NCBI GenBank assembly: GCA_016209105.1
Contig: JACQWR010000013.1
Span: 30,623 to 94,622 of the forward strand
Reading direction: 5' to 3'
Length of the DNA: 64,000 nucleotides
Origin: Deltaproteobacteria bacterium
Lineage (GTDB): Bacteria > Desulfobacterota > Syntrophia > Syntrophales > JACQWR01
Shown: piece by piece, positions 1 through 9,435 of the stretch
Layout of the letters: every line of letters begins with the position of its first letter
Position numbering within the stretch: the first letter of the stretch is position 1
Position numbers and translations under genes: made by a program
Notes under the pieces: generated by a model
What the model was told of the DNA's origin: nothing
The model's input: only the letters and a program-made list of their open reading frames with translations
Databases searched by the model: none

Positions 1-45
1 TTCTCCAGCAAGGGAGACGGGGGGTCGGTAGTGAAGGAGGAACAC

Positions 46-2010
46 ATGTCAGATTTAGAAAAAAAGAGTATTGATCCGGCGACAATCAGCATGCTGAAAA
101 AGGCCGCGGCGGACGGATGCGAGACGATTTTCGATCGTGCCGAATCCATGAAACCCTGCCCCATCGGGGCAGAGGGCAGCTGCTGTAAGAATTGCGCCAT
201 GGGTCCCTGCCGGGTTCCAGCGCCCAAGAAAAAGGACGCCTCCGGTGATAAAGCTAAGCGAACGGGGCTCTGTGGCGCCACGGCGGAGACGATTTCTGCA
301 CGCAACTTTGCCAGGATGGTGGCCGCCGGAACCGCTGCCCATTCCGATCATGCGCGGGGCGTGGCCGAGGTTTTTCTGGCTGCCGCCAAAGGAGAGATCA
401 AGGAATTCTCCATCAAGGACGAGCAGAAACTGTACCAGGTTGCGGCCGACCTCGAAATCGAGATCGGTGAGCGTTCGATTCAGGAGATCGCCATTGAAGT
501 TGGTCGAAAAGCCATTGCGGAGTTCGGACGCCAGGAGGGGGAGATTCTGTTCACAAAAAGGGCCCCCGCCAAGCGACAGGATATCTGGAGGAAGCTTGGA
601 GTGGTCCCCCGCGGCGTCGATCGGGAAGTGGTGGAACTGATGCACCGCACCCATATGGGCGTGGATCAGGACTACAAAAGCATTCTCACCGCAGCGGCGC
701 GATGCGCCCTGGCCGACGGCTGGGGGGGATCAATGATTTCCACCGATTTACAGGATATCCTCTTCGGGAACCCCGTACCGGTACTGGGCGAGATCAACCT
801 TGGCGTGCTGAAAAAGGACCACGTAAACGTAGTCATGCACGGGCACGAGCCGCTTTTGCCCGAGGTGCTCGTCTCCGTGGTTAATGCCCCGGAGATTCAG
901 CAGGCGGCCGCAGCCGTCGGGGCCAAGGGGATCAACCTGGTGGGCATGTGCTGTTCCGCGAACGAGATCCTGATGCGCCACGGCCTGCCCGTGGCGGGCA
1001 ACTTCCTCCAGCAGGAACTGGCCATCGTCACCGGCGCGGTTGATGCGATGGTTGTGGACGTGCAGTGCGAGATGCAGTCGCTCGCGCAGGTGGCCAAATG
1101 TTACCACACCAAGCTGATCACGACCAACCCCCGCGCAAAGATTGACGGCGCTCTGCACATGGAGTTCGATGAGCACCATGCGTCAGACGTTGCCAAGACG
1201 ATATTGTTGGAGGCGGTGAGTAACTACAAAAACCGTAAGCCAAACATAGATATCCCCTCTAACACCACGGATCAGGTCGTGGGATTCAGCTACGAAACGA
1301 TCAACTACCTGCTGGGAGGCGTGTTCCGGGCCTCGTACCGACCGCTCAACGACAACATCATCAACGGCCGCATCCGCGGCATTGCCGGCGTCGTGGGCTG
1401 CAATAACGCCCGCGTTACGCACGACGATCCCAATCTGACGCTTATCAAGGAATTGATCAAGAACGACGTGATCGTGCTTGCCTCCGGCTGTGCGGCCATG
1501 ACCTGCGGGAAGGCGGGCCTGCTGACGCCGGAAGCGGCCAAAGCGTATGCCGGCTCGGGCCTTGCCTCCGTCTGCGAAGCCGTCGGCATTCCTCCGGTTC
1601 TCCATATGGGCTCTTGCGTGGACAACAGCCGCATCCTTATGGCGGCAACCGCGGTGGTCAAGGCCGGAGGACTGGGCGACGACATCAGCGATCTTCCCGC
1701 AGCCGGAGCGGCTCTGGAATGGATGAGTGAGAAGGCCGTGGCCATCGGCCATTACTTCGTTGCCTCAGGCGTGTACACCGTGTTCGGGGTTACCTGGCCG
1801 ACGACGGGAAGCGACGAGGTGACTAAGCTCCTCTTTGAGGATTTTGAAAACACCTTCAAGGGGAAATGGGGCTTTGAAGCGGATCCCCTGAAGGCAGCCA
1901 AGCTGATGATCGAGCATATTGACAAGAAACGGAAGGCGCTCGGCATTGATAAGGCCAGAGAGCGCGTGCTCTTCGATATGGCAAAACGCCGGGAAATTGA
2001 GGCTGCCTGA
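46..2010 (+). CDS. cooS: Anaerobic Ni-Fe-S carbon monoxide dehydrogenase catalytic subunit (CooS/AcsA type)
   Basis: ORF 31..2010. N-terminal cluster motif CPIGAEGSCCKNCAMGPC, and length typical of CooS. AGGAGG at 34-40 favours ATG 46 over GTG 31. Directly followed by acsB. Confidence 0.92.
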   Translation: MSDLEKKSIDPATISMLKKAAADGCETIFDRAESMKPCPIGAEGSCCKNCAMGPCRVPAPKKKDASGDKAKRTGLCGATAETISARNFARMVAAGTAAHSDHARGVAEVFLAAAKGEIKEFSIKDEQKLYQVAADLEIEIGERSIQEIAIEVGRKAIAEFGRQEGEILFTKRAPAKRQDIWRKLGVVPRGVDREVVELMHRTHMGVDQDYKSILTAAARCALADGWGGSMISTDLQDILFGNPVPVLGEINLGVLKKDHVNVVMHGHEPLLPEVLVSVVNAPEIQQAAAAVGAKGINLVGMCCSANEILMRHGLPVAGNFLQQELAIVTGAVDAMVVDVQCEMQSLAQVAKCYHTKLITTNPRAKIDGALHMEFDEHHASDVAKTILLEAVSNYKNRKPNIDIPSNTTDQVVGFSYETINYLLGGVFRASYRPLNDNIINGRIRGIAGVVGCNNARVTHDDPNLTLIKELIKNDVIVLASGCAAMTCGKAGLLTPEAAKAYAGSGLASVCEAVGIPPVLHMGSCVDNSRILMAATAVVKAGGLGDDISDLPAAGAALEWMSEKAVAIGHYFVASGVYTVFGVTWPTTGSDEVTKLLFEDFENTFKGKWGFEADPLKAAKLMIEHIDKKRKALGIDKARERVLFDMAKRREIEAA

Positions 2011-2089
2011 TTTTAACCATGAATCATTCTGAAGGCGGAGACAAGCCGCCTGCGGGACGAGCTACGATAGCTGGAAGGAGGTTTTTAAC

Positions 2090-4297
2090 GTGTCAAAAAT
2101 TATCTCATCTGCAGCGATACGGGGAGCCCACAAAATTGTGGAGCGGGCGGAAAAAAAATACCAGGAGGCCCTGGCGAAATGGGGACCTGAGCAGGACGTG
2201 GGGTTCCCCGATACGGCCTACTACCTGCCCGTTATTTACGCCATACTGGGCATTCCCGTTCAGAAATTGAAAGATATCAAACCGGTGCTTGAGCGCTGTC
2301 GGGCCCTGTTGCCGCCCCTGGTTAAAGAGAAGACGGCGCTTCCCTATCTTGCGCCCGCCCTCGACGCAGGCATGGCAACGTTTTTTGCCGAGGAGATTAC
2401 CGAAGCGATCCGCTACCTGGAGGATCCCAACTTTTACACGAAACAGGAAGACATCCTGCCGGATAACATCTGGCTCGGCGCTGCCAACGACGTTATCTTC
2501 CGGAAAAGGGGCGTAGAGTTCGTGGACGGCACGGCGCCCGGTTTTGCCGCCATTGTCGGGGCGGCGCCCACTCCGGAGATCGCCAAGAAGATCGCCATCG
2601 AGCTTCAGGAGAAAAACCTCTACATCTTCATGTGCGCCGAGAGCGGAGGGAAGCGCTTTTCGGAGCAGCTCGTGGAGGCTGACGTGCAGATCGGCTGGCC
2701 GACCCGTCTGGTTTCCTACGGGCCCGACATCAGCGCCGCCGTTTTCGCCATGGGGTTCGCCTGTCGCGTTGCCATGGCCTTTGGCGGCATCAAGCCGGGC
2801 GATTACCGAAAGAACCTGCTCTACAACAAGGATCGTACCTTCGCCTTCGTCATGCCCATGGGGTTCGTCACGGATGAATGGTATGCTAATGCCGCGGGGG
2901 CGATCAACTGGGGGTTCCCCACAATCGCCGATAGCCCCATCCCCGAAGTGCTCCCCACGGGTATCTGTACGTATGAGCACGTGGTTTCCAACATCCCCCA
3001 CGACCAGATCGTGCAGAAGGCGGTCGAGGTCCGGGGGCTCAAGGTTACGGTCGCCAACGTTCCGATTCCTGTTTCCTACGGTCCCGCCTTCGAGGGCGAG
3101 AGGGTTCGGGGAGAGGACATTTACCTTGAATGCGGCGGCGGGCGCACGCATGCGGTGGAATGGATCACTACGAAGAACATGGACGAGGTTGAAGACGGCA
3201 AGGTGGAGGTGATCGGCCCCGACGTTGATCAGGTGCAGCCGCCCGCCCAGCTTCCCCTGGCGATTGTGGCCGAAGTCGCGGGAAGGCAGATGCAGGAAGA
3301 TTTCGAACCCATCCTGGAGCGCCAGATTCACCACCTGATCAACTACGCCCAGGGGATCATGCACATCGGTCAGCGCGACATCGCCTGGCTCCGCGTCAGC
3401 AAGAGCGCCGTGCAGAAGGGATTCAAACTTTCCGACCTCGGCAAGATCCTCCATGCGAAACTGCATCAGGATTACGGCGCCATCTTCGACAAGGTCCAGG
3501 TCAAGGTATACACCGAACCGAAGGAAGTGGAAAAGAGGCTTGCCCAGGCGCGGGACGTGTACCATAAACGCGACGCCCGCATCGAAGGCATGACCGATGA
3601 AACGACGGAAACCTTTTACTCCTGCCTTCTGTGCCAGTCATTTGCGCCGAACCACGTGTGCGTCGTCAGTCCTGAACGGACGGGGCTTTGCGGCGCTTAC
3701 AACTGGATGGACTGCAAGGCCGCCTTCGAGATAAGCCCCACGGGTCCCAACCAACCCGTTGTCAAGGGGGACATTACCGACGCGAAACTGGGCCAGTGGA
3801 CGGGCATCAACAAATTCGTCTTCGACGCCTCCCGTCAGAAGATCAATCAGGTGAGCCTCTACAGCCTGATGGTTGATCCCATGACCACCTGCGGCTGCTG
3901 CGAATGCATTGCGGCGGTTCTTCCTACCTGCAATGGCATCATGACCGTCAACCGTGATTACATGGGCATGACCCCCTGCGGGATGAAGTTCACCACCCTG
4001 GCCGGGTCGGCGGGCGGCGGCGCCGTCACCCCGGGCTTCCTGGGCCACAGCAAATACAACATTACCCAGAGGAAGTGGATCGCTGGCGACGGCGGCATCA
4101 AGCGCCTGGTGTGGCTGCCCAAGATGCTGAAAGACGAAGTCCGGGAACGTCTGATCAAGCGCGGCGAGGAAATCGGCATTCCCAATTTCATAGACATGAT
4201 TGCCGATGAAACGATCGGGACCACGGAGGAGGAAATCCTTCCGTTCCTCACGGAAAAGAACCATCCCGCCCTGACGATGGAATCTATCCTCGGTTAA
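2090..4297 (+). CDS. acsB: Acetyl-CoA synthase (CO-methylating) subunit AcsB
   Basis: 735 aa with a GTG start 8 nt after AGGAGG (2076-2081). C-terminal A-cluster region CLLCQSFAPNHVCVVSPERTGLCGA and CGCCECI match the AcsB/CdhC family. Sits between cooS and acsC. Confidence 0.92.
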   Translation: MSKIISSAAIRGAHKIVERAEKKYQEALAKWGPEQDVGFPDTAYYLPVIYAILGIPVQKLKDIKPVLERCRALLPPLVKEKTALPYLAPALDAGMATFFAEEITEAIRYLEDPNFYTKQEDILPDNIWLGAANDVIFRKRGVEFVDGTAPGFAAIVGAAPTPEIAKKIAIELQEKNLYIFMCAESGGKRFSEQLVEADVQIGWPTRLVSYGPDISAAVFAMGFACRVAMAFGGIKPGDYRKNLLYNKDRTFAFVMPMGFVTDEWYANAAGAINWGFPTIADSPIPEVLPTGICTYEHVVSNIPHDQIVQKAVEVRGLKVTVANVPIPVSYGPAFEGERVRGEDIYLECGGGRTHAVEWITTKNMDEVEDGKVEVIGPDVDQVQPPAQLPLAIVAEVAGRQMQEDFEPILERQIHHLINYAQGIMHIGQRDIAWLRVSKSAVQKGFKLSDLGKILHAKLHQDYGAIFDKVQVKVYTEPKEVEKRLAQARDVYHKRDARIEGMTDETTETFYSCLLCQSFAPNHVCVVSPERTGLCGAYNWMDCKAAFEISPTGPNQPVVKGDITDAKLGQWTGINKFVFDASRQKINQVSLYSLMVDPMTTCGCCECIAAVLPTCNGIMTVNRDYMGMTPCGMKFTTLAGSAGGGAVTPGFLGHSKYNITQRKWIAGDGGIKRLVWLPKMLKDEVRERLIKRGEEIGIPNFIDMIADETIGTTEEEILPFLTEKNHPALTMESILG

Positions 4298-4367
4298 CGG
4301 ACAGTCTCCCACGGGGATGCACGGTTGAAATGATACGCACGTTTCTGTTTGGAAAGGAGAGTGAACA

Positions 4368-5714
4368 ATGGCATTAACGGGAATTCAGATTTTTAAACTG
4401 TTACCGAAAACGAACTGCGGCGAATGCGGTGTGCCGACGTGTCTTGCATTCGCCATGAACCTTGCCGCCGGCAAGGCGGAACTGGCTGCGTGCCGGTTTA
4501 TAACCGAAGAGGCAAAGGCGATGCTGTCCGAAGCATCAGCGCCGCCAATCCGGCCGCTCGCCATCGGTGCGGGAGAAAACGTGGTTAAAATCGGCGGGGA
4601 GACCGTGCTCTTCCGGCACGAGAAGACGTTCGTCAACAAGCCGGGCCTCGCCATGCTGATCACCGATGGCATGGCTGCGGCGGAGGTGGATGCGCGGCTC
4701 AAACGTTTCAAGGATCTGAAATACGAATGGGTCGGTCTTACCTTGCGAGCAGAAATGATCGCCGTAAAGAACGAATCGGGAGATGCAGGCAAGTTCGAGG
4801 CGCTGGTCAAAAAAATAAAGACAGAAACAGATGCCGCCCTGATCCTGATGAGCGACAAGGTTGATGCTATGACGGCAGCCGTGAAGGCTTCAGCCGATCG
4901 CGTGCCTCTTCTCTACGCCGCCACCGAGCCGAACTGCGATGCCATGGCTGCTCTGGCTAAGGAGAACAAGTGCCCCCTTGTCGCGAAGGCGGACAGCATG
5001 GAAAAACTGGCAGCCCTTTCCGACAAACTGAGTGCCGCCGGCGTAAAAGACATCGTTCTCGATTCAGGGGCACGGACGTTGCGCAGGGTATTCGAAGATC
5101 AGGTTTTCATCCGCCGGGCTGCGCTCAACCAGAAGAACCGTTCGCTGGGGTTTCCCACGATCACCTTCCCCTGTGAAATGACCGGCGATCTCATGAAGGA
5201 AACCCTTATTGCCTCGACACTCATCGCCAAGTACGCCGGCATCATCGTTCTGTCCGATTTCCAGGGGGAGAGCATCTTCCCGCTCCTGGTCGGTCGTCTC
5301 AATATCTACACGGACCCGCAGCGGCCGATGATGATGCAGCAGGGCATCTACCCGATCGGGAATCCCACGGAGGATTCACCCGTGCTCATCACAACCAATT
5401 TTGCGCTCACCTATTTCATTGTTTCCGGTGAAATCGAGGCAAGCCGTGTTCCGAGCTGGCTCTTGATCATGGATACGGAGGGTCTGTCCGTTCTCACCGC
5501 CTGGGCTGCGGGCAAGTTCGTCGGCGATGCCATGGGCCAGTTCATCAAGAAGTGCGGAATTACGGAGAAGGTGAAACACCGCAAAGTCTGCATCCCCGGC
5601 TTTGTCGCCGCGGTGAGCGGGGACTTGGAAGAGGAACTCGGTCCAGGCTGGGAGGTCAAAATCGGGCCTCGCGAAGCGGCTCATTTGTCCGCATTTCTTA
5701 AGATGGGGGCATAA
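4368..5714 (+). CDS. acsC: Corrinoid iron-sulfur protein large subunit AcsC (CdhE-like)
   Basis: 448 aa. The N-terminus MALTGIQIFKLLPKTNCGECGVPTCLAFAMNLA is the characteristic 4Fe-4S motif of AcsC. The C-terminal TTNFALTYF...GLSVLTAWAAGKF matches the family. Confidence 0.92.
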   Translation: MALTGIQIFKLLPKTNCGECGVPTCLAFAMNLAAGKAELAACRFITEEAKAMLSEASAPPIRPLAIGAGENVVKIGGETVLFRHEKTFVNKPGLAMLITDGMAAAEVDARLKRFKDLKYEWVGLTLRAEMIAVKNESGDAGKFEALVKKIKTETDAALILMSDKVDAMTAAVKASADRVPLLYAATEPNCDAMAALAKENKCPLVAKADSMEKLAALSDKLSAAGVKDIVLDSGARTLRRVFEDQVFIRRAALNQKNRSLGFPTITFPCEMTGDLMKETLIASTLIAKYAGIIVLSDFQGESIFPLLVGRLNIYTDPQRPMMMQQGIYPIGNPTEDSPVLITTNFALTYFIVSGEIEASRVPSWLLIMDTEGLSVLTAWAAGKFVGDAMGQFIKKCGITEKVKHRKVCIPGFVAAVSGDLEEELGPGWEVKIGPREAAHLSAFLKMGA

Positions 5715-5816
5715 CATTCATTCCGGGAACGAAGTGACGCTATTCGGTTTACCGCCAACGGAAACCGGATTTGCGCATTCTTCCCTTTTTGATTACCAAG
5801 AGGAGGTAGAGAGCGT

Positions 5817-6719
5817 ATGATTCGCATTGGCGAGAACCTCAACGTGATGGTGAAGAAAATCGGGGCAGCTATGAAGGACCGTGATCCAAAACCCATCCAG
5901 GAACTGGCAATTGCCGAGACAAAGGCCGGCGTTGATTACATTGACATTAATCTGGGACCGGCACGAAAAGAAGGCGGGCCACTGATGGAATGGGTCGTGA
6001 AAACGGTGCAGGAGGTGACGGACCTGCCTTTGTACCTCGACACGATCAATACAGAGGCCCTCGAGGCGGGGCTCAAGGTTTATAAGAACAAGAAGGGTAG
6101 GGCGGTGATCAATTCTATCATGGCGCGGCCCGAGAGCATGGAAGCAAAATTCCCCCTGGCAAAGAAGTACGATGCCGGTCTGGTTGCCCTTCTCTGGGGC
6201 CCCGCCGGCCTTCCGCGCGATGCGAGCGAGCGCGGCGTCCTGGCGGCGGAATTGATGCAAAAAGCCATGGAGTTTGGAATTCCCAACGAGGATGTCTGGA
6301 TTGATCCCATCGTCACGCCGGTTACCAGTCCGCAGAGCCAGGTACAGGTGCCCAGCCTGGTGGAGTTCATGATGATGTTCAATGACCTCCAGGAGATGAC
6401 ACCGGGACTCAGGTCCACCTGTGGCCTTTCCAACGTTTCCAATGGCGCCCCGGATCATCTCCGTCCCATCATCAATCAGACGTACTTAATGATGCTGCAA
6501 CGGTACGGGATGGCTTCGGCGATCGTGGATGCCTTTGACGATGAGTTGAAAACATTTGCCGACAGCAAGAGGCCCGATCTCTCCGCTCTGGTCTATCGCG
6601 TAATGGATGGCGAAGACATTGACGTAAAATCGCTGAAGAAGGAACAGGCGGATTACGTAAAAACAACCAAGGTGCTGATGGGGAATATCCTTTACTCGGA
6701 TTCCTGGCTGGAACTCTAA
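5817..6719 (+). CDS. acsE: Methyltetrahydrofolate:corrinoid/iron-sulfur protein methyltransferase AcsE (pterin-binding domain)
   Basis: 300 aa. MIRIGENLNVM...DPKPIQELA...DYIDINLGPA...LYLDTIN...GLSNVSNG aligns closely with my recollection of Moorella AcsE (MLIIGERING...). RBS GAGGAGG lies upstream. Confidence 0.88.
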   Translation: MIRIGENLNVMVKKIGAAMKDRDPKPIQELAIAETKAGVDYIDINLGPARKEGGPLMEWVVKTVQEVTDLPLYLDTINTEALEAGLKVYKNKKGRAVINSIMARPESMEAKFPLAKKYDAGLVALLWGPAGLPRDASERGVLAAELMQKAMEFGIPNEDVWIDPIVTPVTSPQSQVQVPSLVEFMMMFNDLQEMTPGLRSTCGLSNVSNGAPDHLRPIINQTYLMMLQRYGMASAIVDAFDDELKTFADSKRPDLSALVYRVMDGEDIDVKSLKKEQADYVKTTKVLMGNILYSDSWLEL

Positions 6720-6796
6720 ATAAAGCCCCCGGTACTTAACAATCGCAGAAACAACTCTTTACGAAGCCATCGTCATAAAGAAAAAGGGAAGTGTCT

Positions 6797-7720
6797 ATGA
6801 AATCAGGAAGCCGTCTTGAAAGAGTTCTCGAAGCCGGTCATTTTGCTTTCACTGGTGAACTTGGCCCGCCTCAGGGGGCCAATGTGGAGGCGATCCGGAA
6901 AAAAGCGAGTCACCTGAAAGGGATCACCGATGCGGTGAACATCACCGATAACCAAACCGCTGTCGTGCGAATGGCAAGCTGGGCGGCTGCCTTGGTTGCC
7001 ATTCAGGAAGGGTTGGAACCAAACTATCAGATGGTCTGTCGAGACCGTAACCGCATCGCCATGCAAAGCGATATCCTGGGAGCCTCTGCTCATGGTATCC
7101 GGAATATGCTCTGTCTGTCCGGTGACCACCAGCAATTTGGCAACCATCCTTCAACCAAGGGGGTCTTCGACATTGACTCCATTCAACTGATCCATATGGT
7201 GAAGGGGATGCGAGATGACAAAAAATTTCTAAACGGCGATGAGATTGACGGATCACCGCAGATCTTCATCGGCGCCGCAGCAAATCCTTTTGCCGAACCG
7301 TTTGAATGGCGGGTCCATCGGTTGGCTAAGAAAATAAGTGCGGGGGCGGACTTTATCCAGACTCAGTGTATTTATGACATGAAACTGTTTCGGGAATGGA
7401 TGAAACAGGCCAACGATATGGGACTGACCGAAAAGGTTCACATCCTGGCGGGAGTGACTCCCCTCAAATCAGGAGGTATGGCCCGATACATGGCGACGAA
7501 TGTCTCCGGCATCATCATTCCCCAGGAAATCATCGACCGCGTAGCGAATGCCCCAAAAGGAAAGGCCGCCGAAGAAGGAATTAAAATCTGCGTTGAGCAG
7601 ATTGAGGAATTGAAAGAAATTAAAGGAGTGCATGGGATTCATCTGATGGCCATTGAATGGGAACACCGGGTGCCGGAAATCGCTGAACGGGCGAAGCTTA
7701 TCCCCAGACCTCAGGTTTAG
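6797..7720 (+). CDS. metF: Methylenetetrahydrofolate reductase, acetogen/MetVF type (copy 1)
   Basis: ORF 6791..7720, with ATG 6797 preferred. Motifs TGELGPP, NITDNQTAVVRM, CRDRNR, LCLSGDH and FIQTQCIYD. At 307 aa it is the same length as copy 2. Confidence 0.88.
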   Translation: MKSGSRLERVLEAGHFAFTGELGPPQGANVEAIRKKASHLKGITDAVNITDNQTAVVRMASWAAALVAIQEGLEPNYQMVCRDRNRIAMQSDILGASAHGIRNMLCLSGDHQQFGNHPSTKGVFDIDSIQLIHMVKGMRDDKKFLNGDEIDGSPQIFIGAAANPFAEPFEWRVHRLAKKISAGADFIQTQCIYDMKLFREWMKQANDMGLTEKVHILAGVTPLKSGGMARYMATNVSGIIIPQEIIDRVANAPKGKAAEEGIKICVEQIEELKEIKGVHGIHLMAIEWEHRVPEIAERAKLIPRPQV

Positions 7721-7797
7721 AACAGGGGAGCAGCCGGCTGACGCCGCCAACCGGGGAGATTTGGCGTTCTTGAAAGAGACCGACTAAGGAGAGATTC

Positions 7798-8463
7798 ATG
7801 TACGATTTGATCGAGGGTCCGTTCTTATCCCTTGCTTTCATCATATTTGTTTTGGGGCTTCTCTACCAGGGGAGCCGATTTTTCCAATTGACGAGGAAAA
7901 AAGAATGGATCGCGCCGCCCCTTCCCGGGGCGGAAAAACGGGTAAAAAAAAGCGTGGGGCAATTCATCATTGATGGCCTTGCTTCCGTGAAAGGGACCCT
8001 GTGGAAAACCGATCCGCTGATGATGATTGTGACATCGGCATTCCATGTCTGTCTGATTCTCGCTCCCATTTTTTTGCTTGCACATAACGTGCTCTTGGAT
8101 CAGTCTTGGGGCATCGGCCTTTGGAGTTTTCCCGAATCGTTCACCGATTGGTTGACGATCGTGGTTCTGATCTGCGTTGCATTTTTCCTGATGCGGCGCC
8201 TTTTTCTGGCTCGGGTTCGGGCCATCACTTCGTTCTATGATTATTTTGTTCTGCTCATTGCAGCAGCCCCCTTCCTCACCGGATACCTGGCCTATCATCA
8301 GTGGTTTGACTATCGTACCGTGATGATCCTTCACATTCTCACAGCAGAGCTCATGCTCATCACCGTTCCATTCACGAAATTAGGTCACATGCTCTTCTTC
8401 TTCCTGTATCGTTTCTTGATTGGAAGCGAGTACAGTTTTACACGGGGAAGCCGAACGTGGTAA
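7798..8463 (+). CDS. Integral membrane NarI/DsrM/HdrE-like cytochrome b subunit
   Basis: 221 aa with about 5 hydrophobic helices. Conserved His residues lie in the helices (SAFHVCLILAPIFLLAHNV, MILHIL). The C-terminal PFTKLGHMLFFF is typical of the nitrate-reductase-gamma-like family. RBS AAGGAGAG. Confidence 0.68.
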   Translation: MYDLIEGPFLSLAFIIFVLGLLYQGSRFFQLTRKKEWIAPPLPGAEKRVKKSVGQFIIDGLASVKGTLWKTDPLMMIVTSAFHVCLILAPIFLLAHNVLLDQSWGIGLWSFPESFTDWLTIVVLICVAFFLMRRLFLARVRAITSFYDYFVLLIAAAPFLTGYLAYHQWFDYRTVMILHILTAELMLITVPFTKLGHMLFFFLYRFLIGSEYSFTRGSRTW

Positions 8464-8516
8464 TGTAGTGGTAATGTAAATGAGATTTCTGAAATAGGGA
8501 ATACGGGGAGAACAAA

Positions 8517-8918
8517 ATGTCCAACCAGAATATAAAGCCCATCAACACCGGAGAGATCAAAGAAATGCTGAATCGCCAAAAAGGCAAAATGAAGCGATAT
8601 TTGTCTTTTTGCGCCCACTGCAGTCTTTGTGCAGATAGCTGTTTCTTATACAGGGCTCATAACAGAGACCCCCAATACATGCCCTCATACAAGGTCATTC
8701 AATCGTTAGGGAAATTATATAAAAAACGGGGTGAAGCGGATCGCCGACTCTTAACAGAGATCAAGGGGATCGTGTGGAGAAACTGTGTTCTCTGTGGCCG
8801 TTGTTATTGCCCGATCGGCATTCATATTCCCAGTATGATTGCTTTTGCCCGCAGCATCTGCCGATCCCAGGATGTCTATCCGCAAGGTGATGAGGCATCT
8901 TCGGAAAGCTGGTTATAA
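8517..8918 (+). CDS. Small 4Fe-4S protein resembling only the N-terminal ferredoxin domain of HdrD/DsrK (no CCG domains)
   Basis: 133 aa. The first cluster motif is CAHCSLCADSC. The second is irregular, CVLCGRCYCPIGI (C-x2-C-x2-C-x1-C-P instead of C-x3-C-P). The ORF ends at TAA with no CCG domain in any downstream frame. Confidence 0.55.
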   Translation: MSNQNIKPINTGEIKEMLNRQKGKMKRYLSFCAHCSLCADSCFLYRAHNRDPQYMPSYKVIQSLGKLYKKRGEADRRLLTEIKGIVWRNCVLCGRCYCPIGIHIPSMIAFARSICRSQDVYPQGDEASSESWL

Positions 8919-8995
8919 ATCCGAACGAGGCTTGAGGGACAGATTTGAAATTTGTCCCCAAGCACCGATGAAGGCTTTTTTGCAGGAGAATGAAC

Positions 8996-9406
8996 ATGAA
9001 ATTGGATTGCATCAGGGTTCTGATGATAATCATGTTGACGACGATGATCGCCTTAACCGGCTCCGTGCTCATGGCGCAGCAGGACAAGATGATTTTAGAT
9101 TCTTCGAATGCCTCTCAGAATAAAGGACGGCCGGCAGTAACGTTTTTCCATAACCGGCATGTTGAAGCAGGATTGGACTGTAAGGCGTGTCATCATCTTT
9201 ATCAAAAGGGGAAAAATATTCTCGACGAAAGTCAACTGGTGGAGGGAAATCCGGCAATCCGTTGTTCTCAGTGCCATGCTGCACAGTTGCGTCTCAATGT
9301 GCAACAGGCCTTTCATAGCCAGTGCATCGGTTGCCACGTAACATACCAGAAGGAAAAGAAAAAAACAGTCCCCCGGTATTGTGGGGAATGCCATGCCCGG
9401 AAATAA
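8996..9406 (+). CDS. Periplasmic tetrahaem cytochrome c (cytochrome c3/class III-like)
   Basis: Four CxxCH motifs (CKACHH, CSQCH, CIGCH, CGECH). Hydrophobic signal peptide LMIIMLTTMIALTGSVLMAQQ, plus the c3-like VTFFHNRH. ATG 8996 sits 7 nt after AGGAG (8984-8988), so it is preferred over ATG 8990. Confidence 0.8.
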   Translation: MKLDCIRVLMIIMLTTMIALTGSVLMAQQDKMILDSSNASQNKGRPAVTFFHNRHVEAGLDCKACHHLYQKGKNILDESQLVEGNPAIRCSQCHAAQLRLNVQQAFHSQCIGCHVTYQKEKKKTVPRYCGECHARK

Positions 9407-9435
9407 ATTTCTCAACATTTACCTGGAGGGGAAAA

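Noticed and set aside
8839-9123. A 94-aa ORF bridging the FeS gene and the cytochrome gene, considered as the missing C-terminal (CCG) part of a frameshifted HdrD/DsrK.
   Set aside because: - Its translation has no Cys-rich CCG motif and no similarity to HdrD/DsrK.
- It overlaps the well-supported cytochrome c gene out of frame.
9322-9435. N-terminal extension of the metV1 ORF (track ORF 9322..10110). Analogous extensions occur at 24060 (metV2), 24737 (metF2), 25760 (hdrCB), 35740 (hybrid kinase), 42066 (TPR protein), 50416 (guaB) and 61039 (secreted protein).
   Set aside because: - The extensions overlap the preceding genes and have no homology.
- Internal starts are preceded by strong Shine-Dalgarno sequences.
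- Those internal starts give lengths matching the paralogs or families.
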